Shown: one piece after another, positions 43,246 to 55,100 of the stretch | Layout of the letters: every line of letters starts with the position of its first letter | Numbering within the stretch: position 1 is the stretch's first letter | Assembly: GCA_000004985.1 (NCBI GenBank) | Contig: GG738903.1 | DNA: 64,000 nt | Strand: one strand, 5' to 3' | Origin: Naegleria gruberi | Taxonomy: Eukaryota | Translations under genes and position numbers: made by a program | Notes under the pieces: generated by a model | What the model was told of the DNA's origin: nothing | The model's input: the letters and a program-made list of their open reading frames with translations, nothing else | The model's database searches: none

Positions 43246-44664
43246 ATGTCTCTCCATCATCCGAGTCCTTCCGTAGATAACAATGCTTCCCGTATGCAAA
43301 GGAGATTGAATACCTTGTATTCTCATCTTGTGATGGCCTCTAATTTCTCCCCGATCAATGATTTGGGAATGATGAAAAATTATCATGACGAAATTATAGT
43401 GGAAAATAATAAGACAAATGCAGCAGGTGGAAAGGAAAAGACTACAAGTATTCTCATGAATAAATTTCCAAAGGGAATGATTGAAGAGAGTGATTTCAAG
43501 ATTGTACAAGTTGACTTTGAACAACCATTGGCAAGTGAAGGTGATTGGATTGTCATTAAATTGTTACAGTTGAGTAAGTGAAAAATGAAATGAGATAATT
43601 AAATGTTTCAAAGGTGTTGATCCATATATGAGAGCAAGAATGGCTCCAAAAACTCCAAAAGGATATTTTCCAGCATTCAAATTGAATGAACCATTGCATG
43701 GTGGATGCATTGCTAAAGTTCTTTCATCATCAACAAGTGTTCAACATAGGTACAAACAAGGAGATTTATTATTTGGATATTTCAATTGGCAACTTGTACA
43801 AAAGGTAACTGTTGGTGCAAAGTTTGAAACAATTTATCAAATTGTAAAAATTGATCCCAAGTTGAAAGTTCCTTCATCAAATTACTTGGGTATCTTGGGA
43901 ATGCCAGGAGTTACTGGTAAGTATTATCTGTGAAGATTAGTGGAATAATTTTGAATAGCATATCATGGATTTTTGGATATTTGTCAACCAAAGAAGGGGG
44001 AAGTTGTTGTTGTGAGCGCAGCATCTGGTGCAGTAAGTTTCTTTTGATTTCTTTTTCTCATTTTCAAATAGGTTGGAAGTATTGTAAGTTAATTTTAATG
44101 AATAATTATTAAAATTTCACCAAGGTTGGACAAATTGCCAAATTGAAAGGATGTTTTGTTATTGGAATAAGTGGCGGTTCTGAAGAAGCCATGAAAGAAT
44201 TGAAATCTGCTGGATTCGACTCACTGATCAACTATAAAGACTACCCATCAACATCCACACTGAAAACAGCTATTGAAAAGGCATCTCCTTCTAAGGAGGT
44301 TGATTGTTATTTTGACAATGTTGGAGGATACATTCTCGATGCTGTAACTTTGTGTATGGCCAAATATGGAAGAATGTCACTTTGTGGAGCTATCAGCCAG
44401 TACAATGATACAGGTGCTGAGATGGGACCTAGAATGAATTCTCTCTATGTTGTTAGAGAGTTGAAAGTTCAAGGATTTTTAATTTCTTCCTATCAGAAGC
44501 GATACCAAGAAGCTGTTCAACAATTAGCTCAATGGACTTTGGAAGGAAAATTGAAGGCCCTTGAAACCAAAGTTAAGGGATTTGAAAATACTCCTAAAGC
44601 TATCATTAGACTCTTCTCAGGAGAGCAAAAGCTCGGCAAAATGATTGTAGATTGTGTTGAATAA
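43246..44664 (+). CDS. NADP-dependent oxidoreductase of the prostaglandin reductase / leukotriene-B4 12-hydroxydehydrogenase (MDR) family; 5 exons including a 12-nt micro-exon
   Basis: Exons: 43246..43573, 43614..43916, 43959..44032, 44072..44083, 44125..44664. Introns of 40, 42, 39 and 41 nt all start GTAAGT. The splices recreate LLQLS|VDPYMRARMAP, GMPGVTG|AYHGFLDIC, SAASGA|VGSI|VGQIAKLKGC and the C-terminal ...GEQKLGKMIVDCVE. The match to PTGR1 is continuous, and the whole model stays in frame (1257 nt). The N-terminal 65 aa (MSLHHPSPSV...) extend beyond the homology; the true start may be internal. Confidence 0.8.
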
Positions 44665-44819
44665 AAGGTTAACTCCCTCTGATTTGAGAAGCTAAGCGTT
44701 GTCTAGCCACATCAGTACTGAGGTTGAAGACAACTTGGGAACCTGTGGTGCAGTGATAATTCTCATTAGTAAAAGTCACTATTGAATAATTTTATGACCT
44801 TGAAAGAAAAAAAGGTTAT

Positions 44820-44892
44820 CTCCCCCTGGTGGGCTCGAACCACCGACCTGCAGATTAACAGTCTGACGCTCTACCGACTGAGCTAAGGGGGA
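44820..44892 (-). tRNA. tRNA-Asn (anticodon GUU)
   Basis: The reverse complement, TCCCCCT TA GCTC AGTCGGTA GAGC G TCAGA CTGTTAA TCTGC AGGTC GGTGG TTCGAGC CCACC AGGGGGA, forms a complete cloverleaf. A T-run terminator lies downstream on the minus strand. Confidence 0.9.
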
Positions 44893-46130
44893 TCACATTA
44901 AGGATATTTTGCAGCCTTATTCTGAAAATATCCACTTATACCTTTCTTTAAATATTTGCGTTGGGAAATATCTCAATAACTTCTTTTGAGTTTCTAAATT
45001 AGCATCTTCGCGTGCTGCTATTTTCTTGCCATTAGGACTTGGGTATATGTACCTGAAATAGGCTGATTGGAATTTGAGTTTTTGGTAATGTAAGGTGTTG
45101 AGGTTATTTCTTCTTTTGCTGTTTGGCACCAATGTTTAAATAAATGGCAACACTCTTGTCATAGGTCATCTGTTTCAAAATCGCCAATACAAATTGTTTT
45201 GGAGTTCCTGTTGAGGTTTTCTACAGATTTAACCTTTTATCCATCCACAAGGAAGTTAAAGTAGCTACTTTTGATTCATCTTTGAATGAGGAATACTTTG
45301 GATATTGAACATTTTTGGTTGAGTGCAAATTCTTATTTACAGATCCTCCATGGAGTGGGAAAGTTGCGTTTTCCAATTTTTTGGCAACTAACATCCACAA
45401 CATTTTCAATTTTAATACATCTCACTCTGAAGGATGTTTCTGGATTCTTTGTTATTGGTTCAAGCCAAATAGAATCCAGCAATAATAATATTTATCAACA
45501 TGAAGAGAACTGGCTTTAATATTATCGACAATCATTTTCCGATAACATGATCACACAGTATTTAAAAATTCCACTAGACTCATTTTTTTTTAAAGTGAAA
45601 AAATCAAACCAATCGGGCGGGAAACTTACGCGCACAAATTTTCCCTCCAAATCAAAACTAATCTTTTCGTTGTATTAATCATAAATGAACTCAAGTAACA
45701 TAAAAACTTATTATTCCAATAACACCTACTCAATACTTTCTAAAACAATCTCTCACTATCCATCAAACGAAACGTTTTGTTGATTCAATTCTCTTATTAA
45801 TCACTCGATTACCTCAAGCATGGTTTCGAATAAAAATTGATGGGTAAAGATAAATCACTTACCAAAATGGAAAGCCTAACTTTCATTCAGGTTTTGGAAA
45901 CTCGGTCATGAACAAGGTAAGATTGAAAAAAAACGTTAGAAACGAATTCCTTTTGGCGTTTCGAATATTGTTTCGTCATCACTACTCTGTCTAGATTGTA
46001 TTCTATTCATCATCGTTCATCATCACAACAACATATTGTAAATATAACAAAAATTCTCTTCCTTTCGAATAACAATTAGTTCGGAATCGTCGTCATCATT
46101 TCTAATAGTAATATTTTAATAATACGAAAA

Positions 46131-47732
46131 ATGGGCGTTCAACAAAGCTCATCGTCATCAGGAGGTGGTGTTGGTGTTGGTCTAGATCATTTACTTCATT
46201 CCATAACCATCAATTCTGGTCAATATCTAGCAGGTGATGATGATGAAAAAATTGTCGGACAAATTCAAACCACTAGACAAACACGTTCTCTTTTCAATAC
46301 ACGAATTAATCGAGTAAATTCATCATCTAAACCTGTTGGTAGTAATGGTAAAATAGACAAGTCAAATGCCACAACTCCACCCATTGGAATGTTAAATTCT
46401 GAAGCGATGGAAAGAGTTAGAGATAAATTAGTGAATGCATCTTCAATGTGGTTGAGTATTGATGATTCGAATCGTGAACAATCAAGTTTACAAAAACGAA
46501 TTTTGAATGGTTCAGGAACAACTTCGATATTACATTTTAGAAGAAGAGCTGCTTCGTCACCTGAGGAACGAGAGAAATTGATAATGACATTGGCAATGTA
46601 TTTGAGTCATAAGGAAGAAATGTTGACTTCGTATATGGCATCTGACTGGATGTCATCTGTTAGAATTATTGAGAAAATGTTAATTCCGAGTGAATATTCA
46701 CAGTTTATAGAGTTGGCTGTTCAAGTTATTGATGAGAATTTTGAATTGCCAAGTGAAGATTCAGAATCTCTAAAGAAGAAAAAGAATCATAATAGAAATA
46801 GGTCAGGAGGAATTTTGTCATCTGTTTCACATCATCAACATAGACGTCAAGCTGTGCCTAAAAATCAAAATTTGACGCCTCAACCATCTACTGTAGAAAC
46901 ACAATATGTAAATATCAAACTAATGATTGTTCCTCAGCAACTAAAATACTCGACGCTTGTAGAGGCATGTTTTCCAGTTTTGGAAAGCTTTTTAATTGAT
47001 CCAATGGATGGAATTGCAGATAGTTTTGCAGTTTCACTTGTTGTAGATAATTGGTTCCTCTATTTTGAACCTGACACTAACTTGATTATACCAAAGAAAT
47101 TATACTGTACAGCCAAATCATTTGTGGATGAGCAAATTCCCACATTTGTACGAGTTCAACACAAATCCAATCAGATTCAATCCCTACTTGCATCATGTGT
47201 GAGTAAGTGGAACAATTCAATGTATTTTAAAGCATCCAAGACAGATGATATGCACACCATGTCCATGGAAGAACATGTAGAACCTTCTCTTGAAGATTCA
47301 TTCAGTGATAGATCGACTGCCAGCAGTTTGAATCAAAAATATTATGGAAATTCGTTTGATTTTATTGAAGACTTTTTTGTAAACTATCTCAAATTTGATT
47401 TTATCAACACACCAACTGCCAAATATTTACAATCATTTTTACAAAATGTACAAAAATTCGGATTTAGTGAATTAATGTTTAATGCAAGTGATGACCTCTC
47501 ATCCAAATATGGAGAGGAATTGAGATTGGCCAAGGATGGAAAGCTCAGCTTTTTAGACTCTGGTGAGTTGGATTTTTTTATGGATAAGCTTTCCTTGGCT
47601 ATTCAAGAGAATGAACCAATTTTCGAAACAATACCGAGCGATTGTTTGGAGAATAATCCATTCGTTGCACTGAATATCTTGAATGGAGCATTCAACATAC
47701 AATATATAGACGAGGATGAGTATGAATTATAA
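46131..47732 (+). CDS. hypothetical protein (533 aa) with N-terminal MGxxxS
   Basis: Uninterrupted ORF from a true ATG at 46131; no recognisable domain. Confidence 0.5.
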   Translation: MGVQQSSSSSGGGVGVGLDHLLHSITINSGQYLAGDDDEKIVGQIQTTRQTRSLFNTRINRVNSSSKPVGSNGKIDKSNATTPPIGMLNSEAMERVRDKLVNASSMWLSIDDSNREQSSLQKRILNGSGTTSILHFRRRAASSPEEREKLIMTLAMYLSHKEEMLTSYMASDWMSSVRIIEKMLIPSEYSQFIELAVQVIDENFELPSEDSESLKKKKNHNRNRSGGILSSVSHHQHRRQAVPKNQNLTPQPSTVETQYVNIKLMIVPQQLKYSTLVEACFPVLESFLIDPMDGIADSFAVSLVVDNWFLYFEPDTNLIIPKKLYCTAKSFVDEQIPTFVRVQHKSNQIQSLLASCVSKWNNSMYFKASKTDDMHTMSMEEHVEPSLEDSFSDRSTASSLNQKYYGNSFDFIEDFFVNYLKFDFINTPTAKYLQSFLQNVQKFGFSELMFNASDDLSSKYGEELRLAKDGKLSFLDSGELDFFMDKLSLAIQENEPIFETIPSDCLENNPFVALNILNGAFNIQYIDEDEYEL

Positions 47733-47747
47733 CGGAACAAATAAAGT

Positions 47748-49463
47748 TTATTCTGATTTAATGGACCATTTCAACTTTTTACAGCTTTCCAATAACTTGT
47801 AACCAAGTGATGTAATGAGTTGATTATCTTGTAAAGTAATATCCCTTAAGGAAACAAGGGTACTGGTCGAGCATGTTAAAGCTTCGATATCGTCATCTGA
47901 AAAATAATAAGTAATCAAAACAACATTCTTAAATGTCTCATTTTGAGACATTATTGGAATAAAGTTGATTGTTTTTAAATCTTCATAACTTTCTAATGGC
48001 TTTGCATTCCTTATACTTAAAGTTTTCAATTTGTTAAATACTGTTGATTTTGCAAGGAACAATAAATCACTAACTATTAAGGGCAAGCTTAAAGTTAATG
48101 TTGTAATGTTTGAAAAAATTTCACAAGTACTAAACATTTGATATCCTTTCAAATTGCTCTCTTTCCTATCAATACTCAATTGTTTAAGGGTAGACAGTGA
48201 AGAATAATTGCAAAGTTGTATTAAAATATCAGTTTCTGATTCCTTCTCCTGCTGCGTACGGAAAATAACTGTTGAAAGGGTTTTGAGATGGGGAGATTTA
48301 AACATATTAAAAAAATCGGTATTCTTTGGATCAATAATTTGAATTGTTTCCAAATTACAAAGTGTAGTATTTTCTGACAAAGAGGAAACACCTATTTCAC
48401 TAATACTTTCTAGAGATAGAGACTTCAATTTTGGAAATTTGAATCCACAAATAATATCATCCAAACAATTCCACGTTCTAAACTCAAGAATTTGTAGGTT
48501 TGGGCATTCCATATCTGAAATTCCACTATTGTGCAATTTGTGCACATTTTTATCATTTATCCACAGTGTTATCAAGGATTTACATTTAAATATATCAATT
48601 ATAGAGTAATTATTATTAATAAATACTAATGCCTTGAAATCTTCAAGAAGTGATAATTTGGATATTTTAATTAGATCAGTATCTTGCACAATATTTAAAT
48701 GCAAAATTTTAAGACTATTTGTAAAGTTATTTACAACGTGTGAAATTGAAAATGAACTCTTAAGGTTTGTCAAGTATAATTCTGTCAAATTATAATAAAA
48801 GTATTTTTCAAAAGAAATACCGCTAAAGGTTCCTTCAAGAGCTAAACTTTTAACTGTAGTGAGGTCTCTGTTTGTCAATTGTGAAAAATCAGACGTACAA
48901 TTTGCAGAAAATAACTTGATAGTGTTCAACTTTTTGCTTCTATGAAGAACTTCAATACCGTGTAAATCAAGTGGTCTGGAATCAAAACTTTCTAAATTCT
49001 CAAAAAATTGAGAATTCATGAAGCTTAAAACTGTATCTGTTTTTTGCAAATTAATTATTTTGAATCTCTTCAATAAAGAAGCAGCTCTCAAGAATTGACG
49101 AGAAACCAACAACAATTTGAAACCTTCCAAATCAGGAAGAAATTCCAACAAGTAAACAATTACATCATCACACATAATTTCCGTTTTCTTTGAGAGTTTC
49201 ACTTTTTTTCTTTCCTTATTCCCTTCTTCAATAGTTGGCTGTATCTTATTGAATATTAGATGATTATTTTCCAATACATTATCGTCATCATTAGAAAGAA
49301 CGTTGCTCTTTCTCTTTTCTCTTTCCATTTGCAATTCAATTTGTTTTGTTCGCTCCCTAGCCATCATATATTGAAAAGCCTGATCCGATGTCCAACCACT
49401 TTTCTCAAGTAATTGCAAAACATCACCAAGGCTTTCGTTACTTGTTTGTGTAATGGGTTCCAT
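47748..49463 (-). CDS. F-box / LRR protein (FBXL-like)
   Basis: 571-aa ORF from a true ATG at 49463. F-box-like IMCDDVIVYLLEFLPDLEGFKLLLVSRQFLRAAS, followed by irregular Cys-containing LRRs. Confidence 0.6.
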   Translation of the reverse strand: MEPITQTSNESLGDVLQLLEKSGWTSDQAFQYMMARERTKQIELQMEREKRKSNVLSNDDDNVLENNHLIFNKIQPTIEEGNKERKKVKLSKKTEIMCDDVIVYLLEFLPDLEGFKLLLVSRQFLRAASLLKRFKIINLQKTDTVLSFMNSQFFENLESFDSRPLDLHGIEVLHRSKKLNTIKLFSANCTSDFSQLTNRDLTTVKSLALEGTFSGISFEKYFYYNLTELYLTNLKSSFSISHVVNNFTNSLKILHLNIVQDTDLIKISKLSLLEDFKALVFINNNYSIIDIFKCKSLITLWINDKNVHKLHNSGISDMECPNLQILEFRTWNCLDDIICGFKFPKLKSLSLESISEIGVSSLSENTTLCNLETIQIIDPKNTDFFNMFKSPHLKTLSTVIFRTQQEKESETDILIQLCNYSSLSTLKQLSIDRKESNLKGYQMFSTCEIFSNITTLTLSLPLIVSDLLFLAKSTVFNKLKTLSIRNAKPLESYEDLKTINFIPIMSQNETFKNVVLITYYFSDDDIEALTCSTSTLVSLRDITLQDNQLITSLGYKLLESCKKLKWSIKSE

Positions 49464-50175
49464 GCTTAATCAAGTGGCGCCACTTTTTTTTTGTGTGCTG
49501 TAAACAATTATTGCTGTTCACACTACAGTTAGAGTGTGAGCTCTTAAATTTCCTGAATAGGACATTAAGTTGAAATTAAGCTTAATAAATTGAAGAGCAT
49601 CCTGATGAGTTTAATATATTGTGTATTGAACATGATTCTCCTATTACAAAACCAAAGAGTAGTGAATTTTATTGATGGTGTGATGACCATTAAGTTATTT
49701 CCCTTCAATGATCGGAAGTGAACTTGCTGATGATATTGATGATAAAAGATGTGCCAATTCACAACTCGGATGAATAATACTAAGTGGAAAACTCCAAATA
49801 TCCAAAAACTATTATTCGCAGTTGTTGAATTAACATTCGAAGAAAGTTGTTCATAAAATAGTTCTAAAAAATTGTGCAACGTTATGCTAAACGATCATCA
49901 CACCATTCATCATCAATATTAACAACAACAACAACAACATTTTAGTGGATAAATTTATCTTTTGAATCTCCCATATGATACCAATAGTAATAATAATATT
50001 ATTTTGTGGGAATGTTCAGAACATTCTTCACCTGAAGTGAGTGCAATCTCCCGATAAATTGATTCATCATCAATAATAACAACAATCATGATGCATTGTA
50101 GATGATGATGATGTGGCGAGCCTGATGTTGTGTGTTGGAACTCACATTCCAGAGTAACCAATTGTTCATCAAAAA

Positions 50176-51251
50176 ATGTCACAACTCCATATGATAGAAG
50201 ATTTGAACGATGATGTATTTCACATTATTTTATCTTTTCTTCCATTCACAGATTTAAATCGACTACCATTGATTAGTAAGAACAATTTCCGAATGTCTCA
50301 ACTTGCTCTCTCTGACACGTATCATGAAACCAACTACCGTACAAAGATTGCCTATTTTAATGGAACTACTTATTCGTATTATTATCACCCATATGCTATG
50401 GAATTTTACAAAGAATATTTAAATATTACATGCAATTTTAGAAGAAATTTAATTAATTTTCAATTGAAAGTTAATGAATTGATTGCGGAAAATTATTCGA
50501 AACAAGAAGAAGCTCTGAAAACTAAATTTGATACTGTAGAGCTGTATCGACCATTTCAGGAAATTAAAAATTCAATTAACGTGGAACAAATTGAGAAACA
50601 AAAGTCTCGATTGAAGATTATCATATGTGGAGAAGGAGCTGTTGGAAAAACAAGCCTTATTCATAAATTATATTATGGCAAAATACCTGAATACTTTCCA
50701 GGAAATTGTGAGTTGGAAATTGGATATGGATATTTGAATAATGTAACAATGAACAAATTTGTAACATTGACATTGTGGGATACTGCTGGTCAAAAGTAAG
50801 TTCAATTTCTGTAATTTAGAGTTAATTAAAAAATTCATATTTCAGAGATTATGATAAGTTGAGACCACTTTCATATCCATATACAGATGTATTTTGCATT
50901 TGTTTCACTAGGATTAGTTCAAAATCTTTCAAAAAGATTCCATCTCGTTGGGTTCCTGAAATTAATCACCATGCACCAAACTCTGCTCTGGTTTTAATTG
51001 GATGTAAATTTGATCTTTTATCAGATACTGATGTGATTACAAAGCTAAGATACAGACATTTTGATTCAGCTGTCAAATATGAAAATTCAGTTCAAATGGC
51101 AAAGAATATTGGAGCATTAACATATATTGAAACATCTGCACTGACTGGTGAGGGAAACGTTTCAGATTTTGCTGAGATTATTACTAAATGTCATGCCATG
51201 TTTAGAGAAATATATCCTATCAAATCAGAAAAGAAGTGTATCATTTGCTAG
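50176..51251 (+). CDS. Rho/Rac-family small GTPase with an N-terminal F-box-like extension; 2 exons (341 aa)
   Basis: Exon 1 (50176..50795) contains LNDDVFHIILSFLPFTDLNRLPLISK (F-box-like), a linker, then KIIICGEGAVGKTSL (P-loop) ... LWDTAGQ. A GTAAGT...TTCAG intron at 50796..50845 (50 nt) follows. Exon 2 (50846..51251) continues KDYDKLRPLSYPYTDVFCICF...LIGCKFDL (Rho insert and G4-like) ... SALTGEGN and ends in a CAAX box, CIIC. Confidence 0.8.
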
Positions 51252-51305
51252 GCAATAAAAAGGTCATGAATTCAGCTCTTTGTTGGATCACGAACATTTG
51301 GAGAA

Positions 51306-51540
51306 TCAATACTTGAAGATCTTCATGCTTTCTTGTGGAGGAGCAAATGCACTAATATCTTCATTTTGATTAATATCCCTAGCAAAGAAGAAAAAGTCTG
51401 GATCGCATCTAATTGGTACCAAACCAATTCTATGAGCAAGGACTTCGTCTTGAATAATAGATGTATTTGTTACGATAAACAACTTTTTCAATACAGAGGA
51501 ATTGGTATGTATATAGCGCGATGAAATGGTATATATATCG
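51306..51540 (-). pseudogene. fragment of RNA polymerase I/III subunit RPAC1 (AC40)-like gene, apparently truncated
   Basis: The minus-strand translation ...[49 protein letters not shown] matches the conserved RPAC1/Rpb3 core (...[27 protein letters not shown]...). The frame closes with stops on both sides (TAA upstream, TGA after ...MKIFKY). There is no room for the remaining roughly 250 aa before the convergent Rho gene. A second frame also shows RPAC1-like residues, consistent with a frameshift. Confidence 0.45.
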
Positions 51541-52107
51541 TTTTAACTTATACCAACTCAACATTGTCTGTGGCTTGATGATTTCGTCTAGCGGAAATTA
51601 ATATAATATAATTAAATAATAAAGATGAGTAATGTAGTGCTTGCAATCGCATTTGGTTTATTATTAATAATAAGAGTATTAGTGATTATTTTGTTGAATA
51701 TTATATTGAATCCATCACAGCAACGATCAGATTATAGAATCATAAATGAAAACCACTTTAGTATTTATTACGATATATACCTGAACGGTATGCCATGATG
51801 TATTTTTCTAATTGATCAAACATATTTTCGAGTTTAGTTTTTGCTTGTGAAGTAGTTAATGTTGCGATAAGATGATATCTATGATCTCTGAAGTCAACGA
51901 ACTCACGGCAGAGCCTACGAGGAGATTTTTGCTTCATTGAATTATACATAAAATCCAATTCACAGCAAGCAATTATGATGTCCAGTGCCCAAAGAGGAAG
52001 AAGGAGAAAGTTGTCAAGAAGGAAAAGGAGAAGGTTGTCACTCATCTGATAAAATTTTGTCGAGTCGTTCTAGATTTTTTTTATGGCAGAAAGGCTTTTA
52101 TTTACAA

Positions 52108-55100
52108 TTAGAACTGCGATGATGAAGAAACTTGTATCGTTTGGCCAGCAATTAACTCCATACAACTCAATGGTTTTTTCGATGATGCAACACTGAACAA
52201 ATGATCATCATCGCTGACATGTGAAACCGCCAAACCTCCAAAGAACGCATTCTTCATCTTTTGTCTCACTGTAAGCTTTTTAAGATTGGTGAAAAAGCTT
52301 CCTACTTGTTTCTTTCGTTGTTTCTCTTGGATTCTTGCCTCTCGTAATTCCTTTTCTCTTCGTTCTTGGACGATGACGTGCGTTTTGGTCATGTTTTGAA
52401 TGAAGTGAGCGACGATGCTTATCAGGGTCCTCTTTTCAATTTCCATATTTTGGTGCGGTTTCAGAGATTCTGATAATGTTTCGTCTGAAATAGTTGATGG
52501 TATACCATTTGGATTCTCGTCTTTCATGATATCTTTCTCACCAAAGAGTTCTTGAGTGGATTTGAGTGAGTGTTCTGCTTTGGTTAGTAATTGGTCAATT
52601 TTGACAATTTGAGTTTCTGCCATTTCAATAATTGGTCCAATAATTTCAATAAATCGATCAGTTTCGTCCAAAAGATTCTTCTCTTTCATAGATTCCATTA
52701 ATTTAAATGTCTTTCTCACTGAATCGACTTCATCTTTGAATTGTTGGATTTCTTCTCTGATGAGGAAGAAATTCATTGGTGCACATTTTGGAATATTAGA
52801 AAGCTCACTATCCAATTTTAAAATTTCAGGGAATTTTTCTTGACATAATTGACACAACACATGAATCATGGTCTTTTTCTGATCAGTTGATTTGACTTGT
52901 TCCAATACACTTAATGACGAAACCTTGAATCCATAAAGATTTTGCATTTTAGAATTCCCAGTATTCAAATAATTACTAATTGTCAAGACAAGTGACAGCA
53001 AATTAAGCCAACTTGGTGAGTTCTGCAATTGATCGCAAGCACCAATAATTATTTCCAGCTTGTTTCGAATATTCATTGCTGTAGAAGCCAAATTGAATTT
53101 AAACATCCAGGCAGCAATTCTATTCAGTGAGAATGGAATATCACGAATTTCATAAATAAACTTCTCGACCAATCCTAGAACCTTAACATTCATTGGATTT
53201 TGAGGAAGATTTTCCAATTCTTCAGCTGTTTTTGTAACACTTTCAACTTCTTCACTTGTTGGCATGCACTTAGATAGACAGGAAACAAGCTCTGTATCGT
53301 ATGATTCGTCCATTTGTAGAATACCCCTTCTCAATCTTGCAAATTTCATTTCATCAGTTTCGTCCTTATTGAGCTTCTTGATGGATTTCAATTGGATTGA
53401 AATCATGTAAGATTTGTTTTGATCCAAAACTTTCACTTCCTCAATCTTTGGTTTGTTGTTTGCTGGTTTCTCCTTTTCGGCTGGTTTCTTACTGATTTCC
53501 ACTTTCTGGAAGGTCTTTCCCAACGATTCCAAATCAATCTTCTTGATTAGTTCATTGGTATTTTCGGCAAGTTTCTTCTCCACAAAAATTGTCTTTTTCA
53601 CTTCGGTGTTCAGTATCCTTTCGAGGAAGATTGGTTTCGTGGCAGTACTTGGTTTTGCTTTTGGTAATTGAGGAAGATCTGAAAGAGCTCCCACATTTCC
53701 AACAGGTGGTGTTGGACAAGAATTACTTCCAGAAGGTGGAAGAGGAATTCCAGAATTCATTCCAGGAGGGAGTGGAACTCCTGTTGTAACAGGAGGTTGT
53801 GGAATGACTGGAACTTCTGGTGGAGTAGCACTAGTTGAAATGTTCTCTACAGGTTGCAATTGTGAAATTTCAACTGGTTTGGCAGATTGTTCTTGTAGTT
53901 GACTGACAACTGTTTCTACTACATGTTGATTGACTTGTTCAGGTTTCTCTTCATCCAATGAAGTAGCATTATTGATAATATTCTTATTGAAATCATCTTG
54001 TTCTTGTTTCTTTACCTTTTTTTCAAGGTTTGTTTTTTGGGTTTCTAATTTTGCATTTTCATTTTCCAATTTAAGAATATATTGCCTCATTTGTTCAATA
54101 TCCTTCCGTTGTTCAATTTCTGTTTCTGTGGTGAAAGTGACCTTATCTTCATTGATTGCAATTTTCAAAATTCTATCAATTGTCTTCCATGAATTGTAAA
54201 TTTCTCCCACACTTTGATTCTTAATAACTCCAAATTTGGTCAATCTCAACATGGTATTTAAACTATTCACAAAAATATTGTTAATTTGATTCGATTCATT
54301 GCTCAAACTTGTCAAGTAACTGGAAATTGATTTGGAAATCTCAATAGGATTAGTCGTATCCACATCTTCCAAAATTCCCAAACAAGTATCATGATAATAT
54401 TTGGAGAAATGTTTCTCAAATGCACCAACTTGCAATAAAACATTCGAATAAATTGGTTCCTTTCCCAAATCAATATCCAAATCATCAATAATCTCCTCAA
54501 TTCTCAAATGAATTTGTTTTGCAGAAGTGTGCATTCCCAAACCTTTCAATTCCTTAACAATCATTGATTTAATTCCCTCATTTGGAGATTTTGAAATCAA
54601 TCCATTGAAAAACACCATCAATGCCATAATATATTGCTTACTATTTCCCTTACATAAAATCTCCTCAGCATGATTTTCTAAATTTGCCAAATCATTGAAA
54701 CTTTTCCCTAAAAAGTGAAATCTTTTTGGTTCACTTTTAATTTTCTTAAAAAGGTAAAAATTTTCCAAAATCAAAGCATGAGTATCGACATTCTCAATAT
54801 GAATATTCAAAATAGCTGTCAGGAGAAGTAAGGCCTCAGCTCTCAATTCTAAAGATTCGCAATCAAGAATTAAAACTAAAGCTCTCAAAGCATCTCGATC
54901 TTTCAAGAAGAATTCTCTTGAAAATTCTGAAGCATCTAAAAGTTTTTGGGTGCATTTGAGGAAGTGAACTTCGAGAGGGATTCTATCCTTATTGATTTTA
55001 TCTGAAACAAGTTCTGAATGATCGAGTGAAGTAGTCATCATGGTCAACCCGCCACCTGTCAAGAAATCTGAAATCCATTTTGAGTATTTTGAATCCTTTG

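Noticed and set aside
44917-45519. Three 60-77-aa ORFs in the 1.2-kb gap after tRNA-Asn
   Set aside because: Mutually overlapping, low-complexity, no homology or start context; more likely non-coding flank or promoter.
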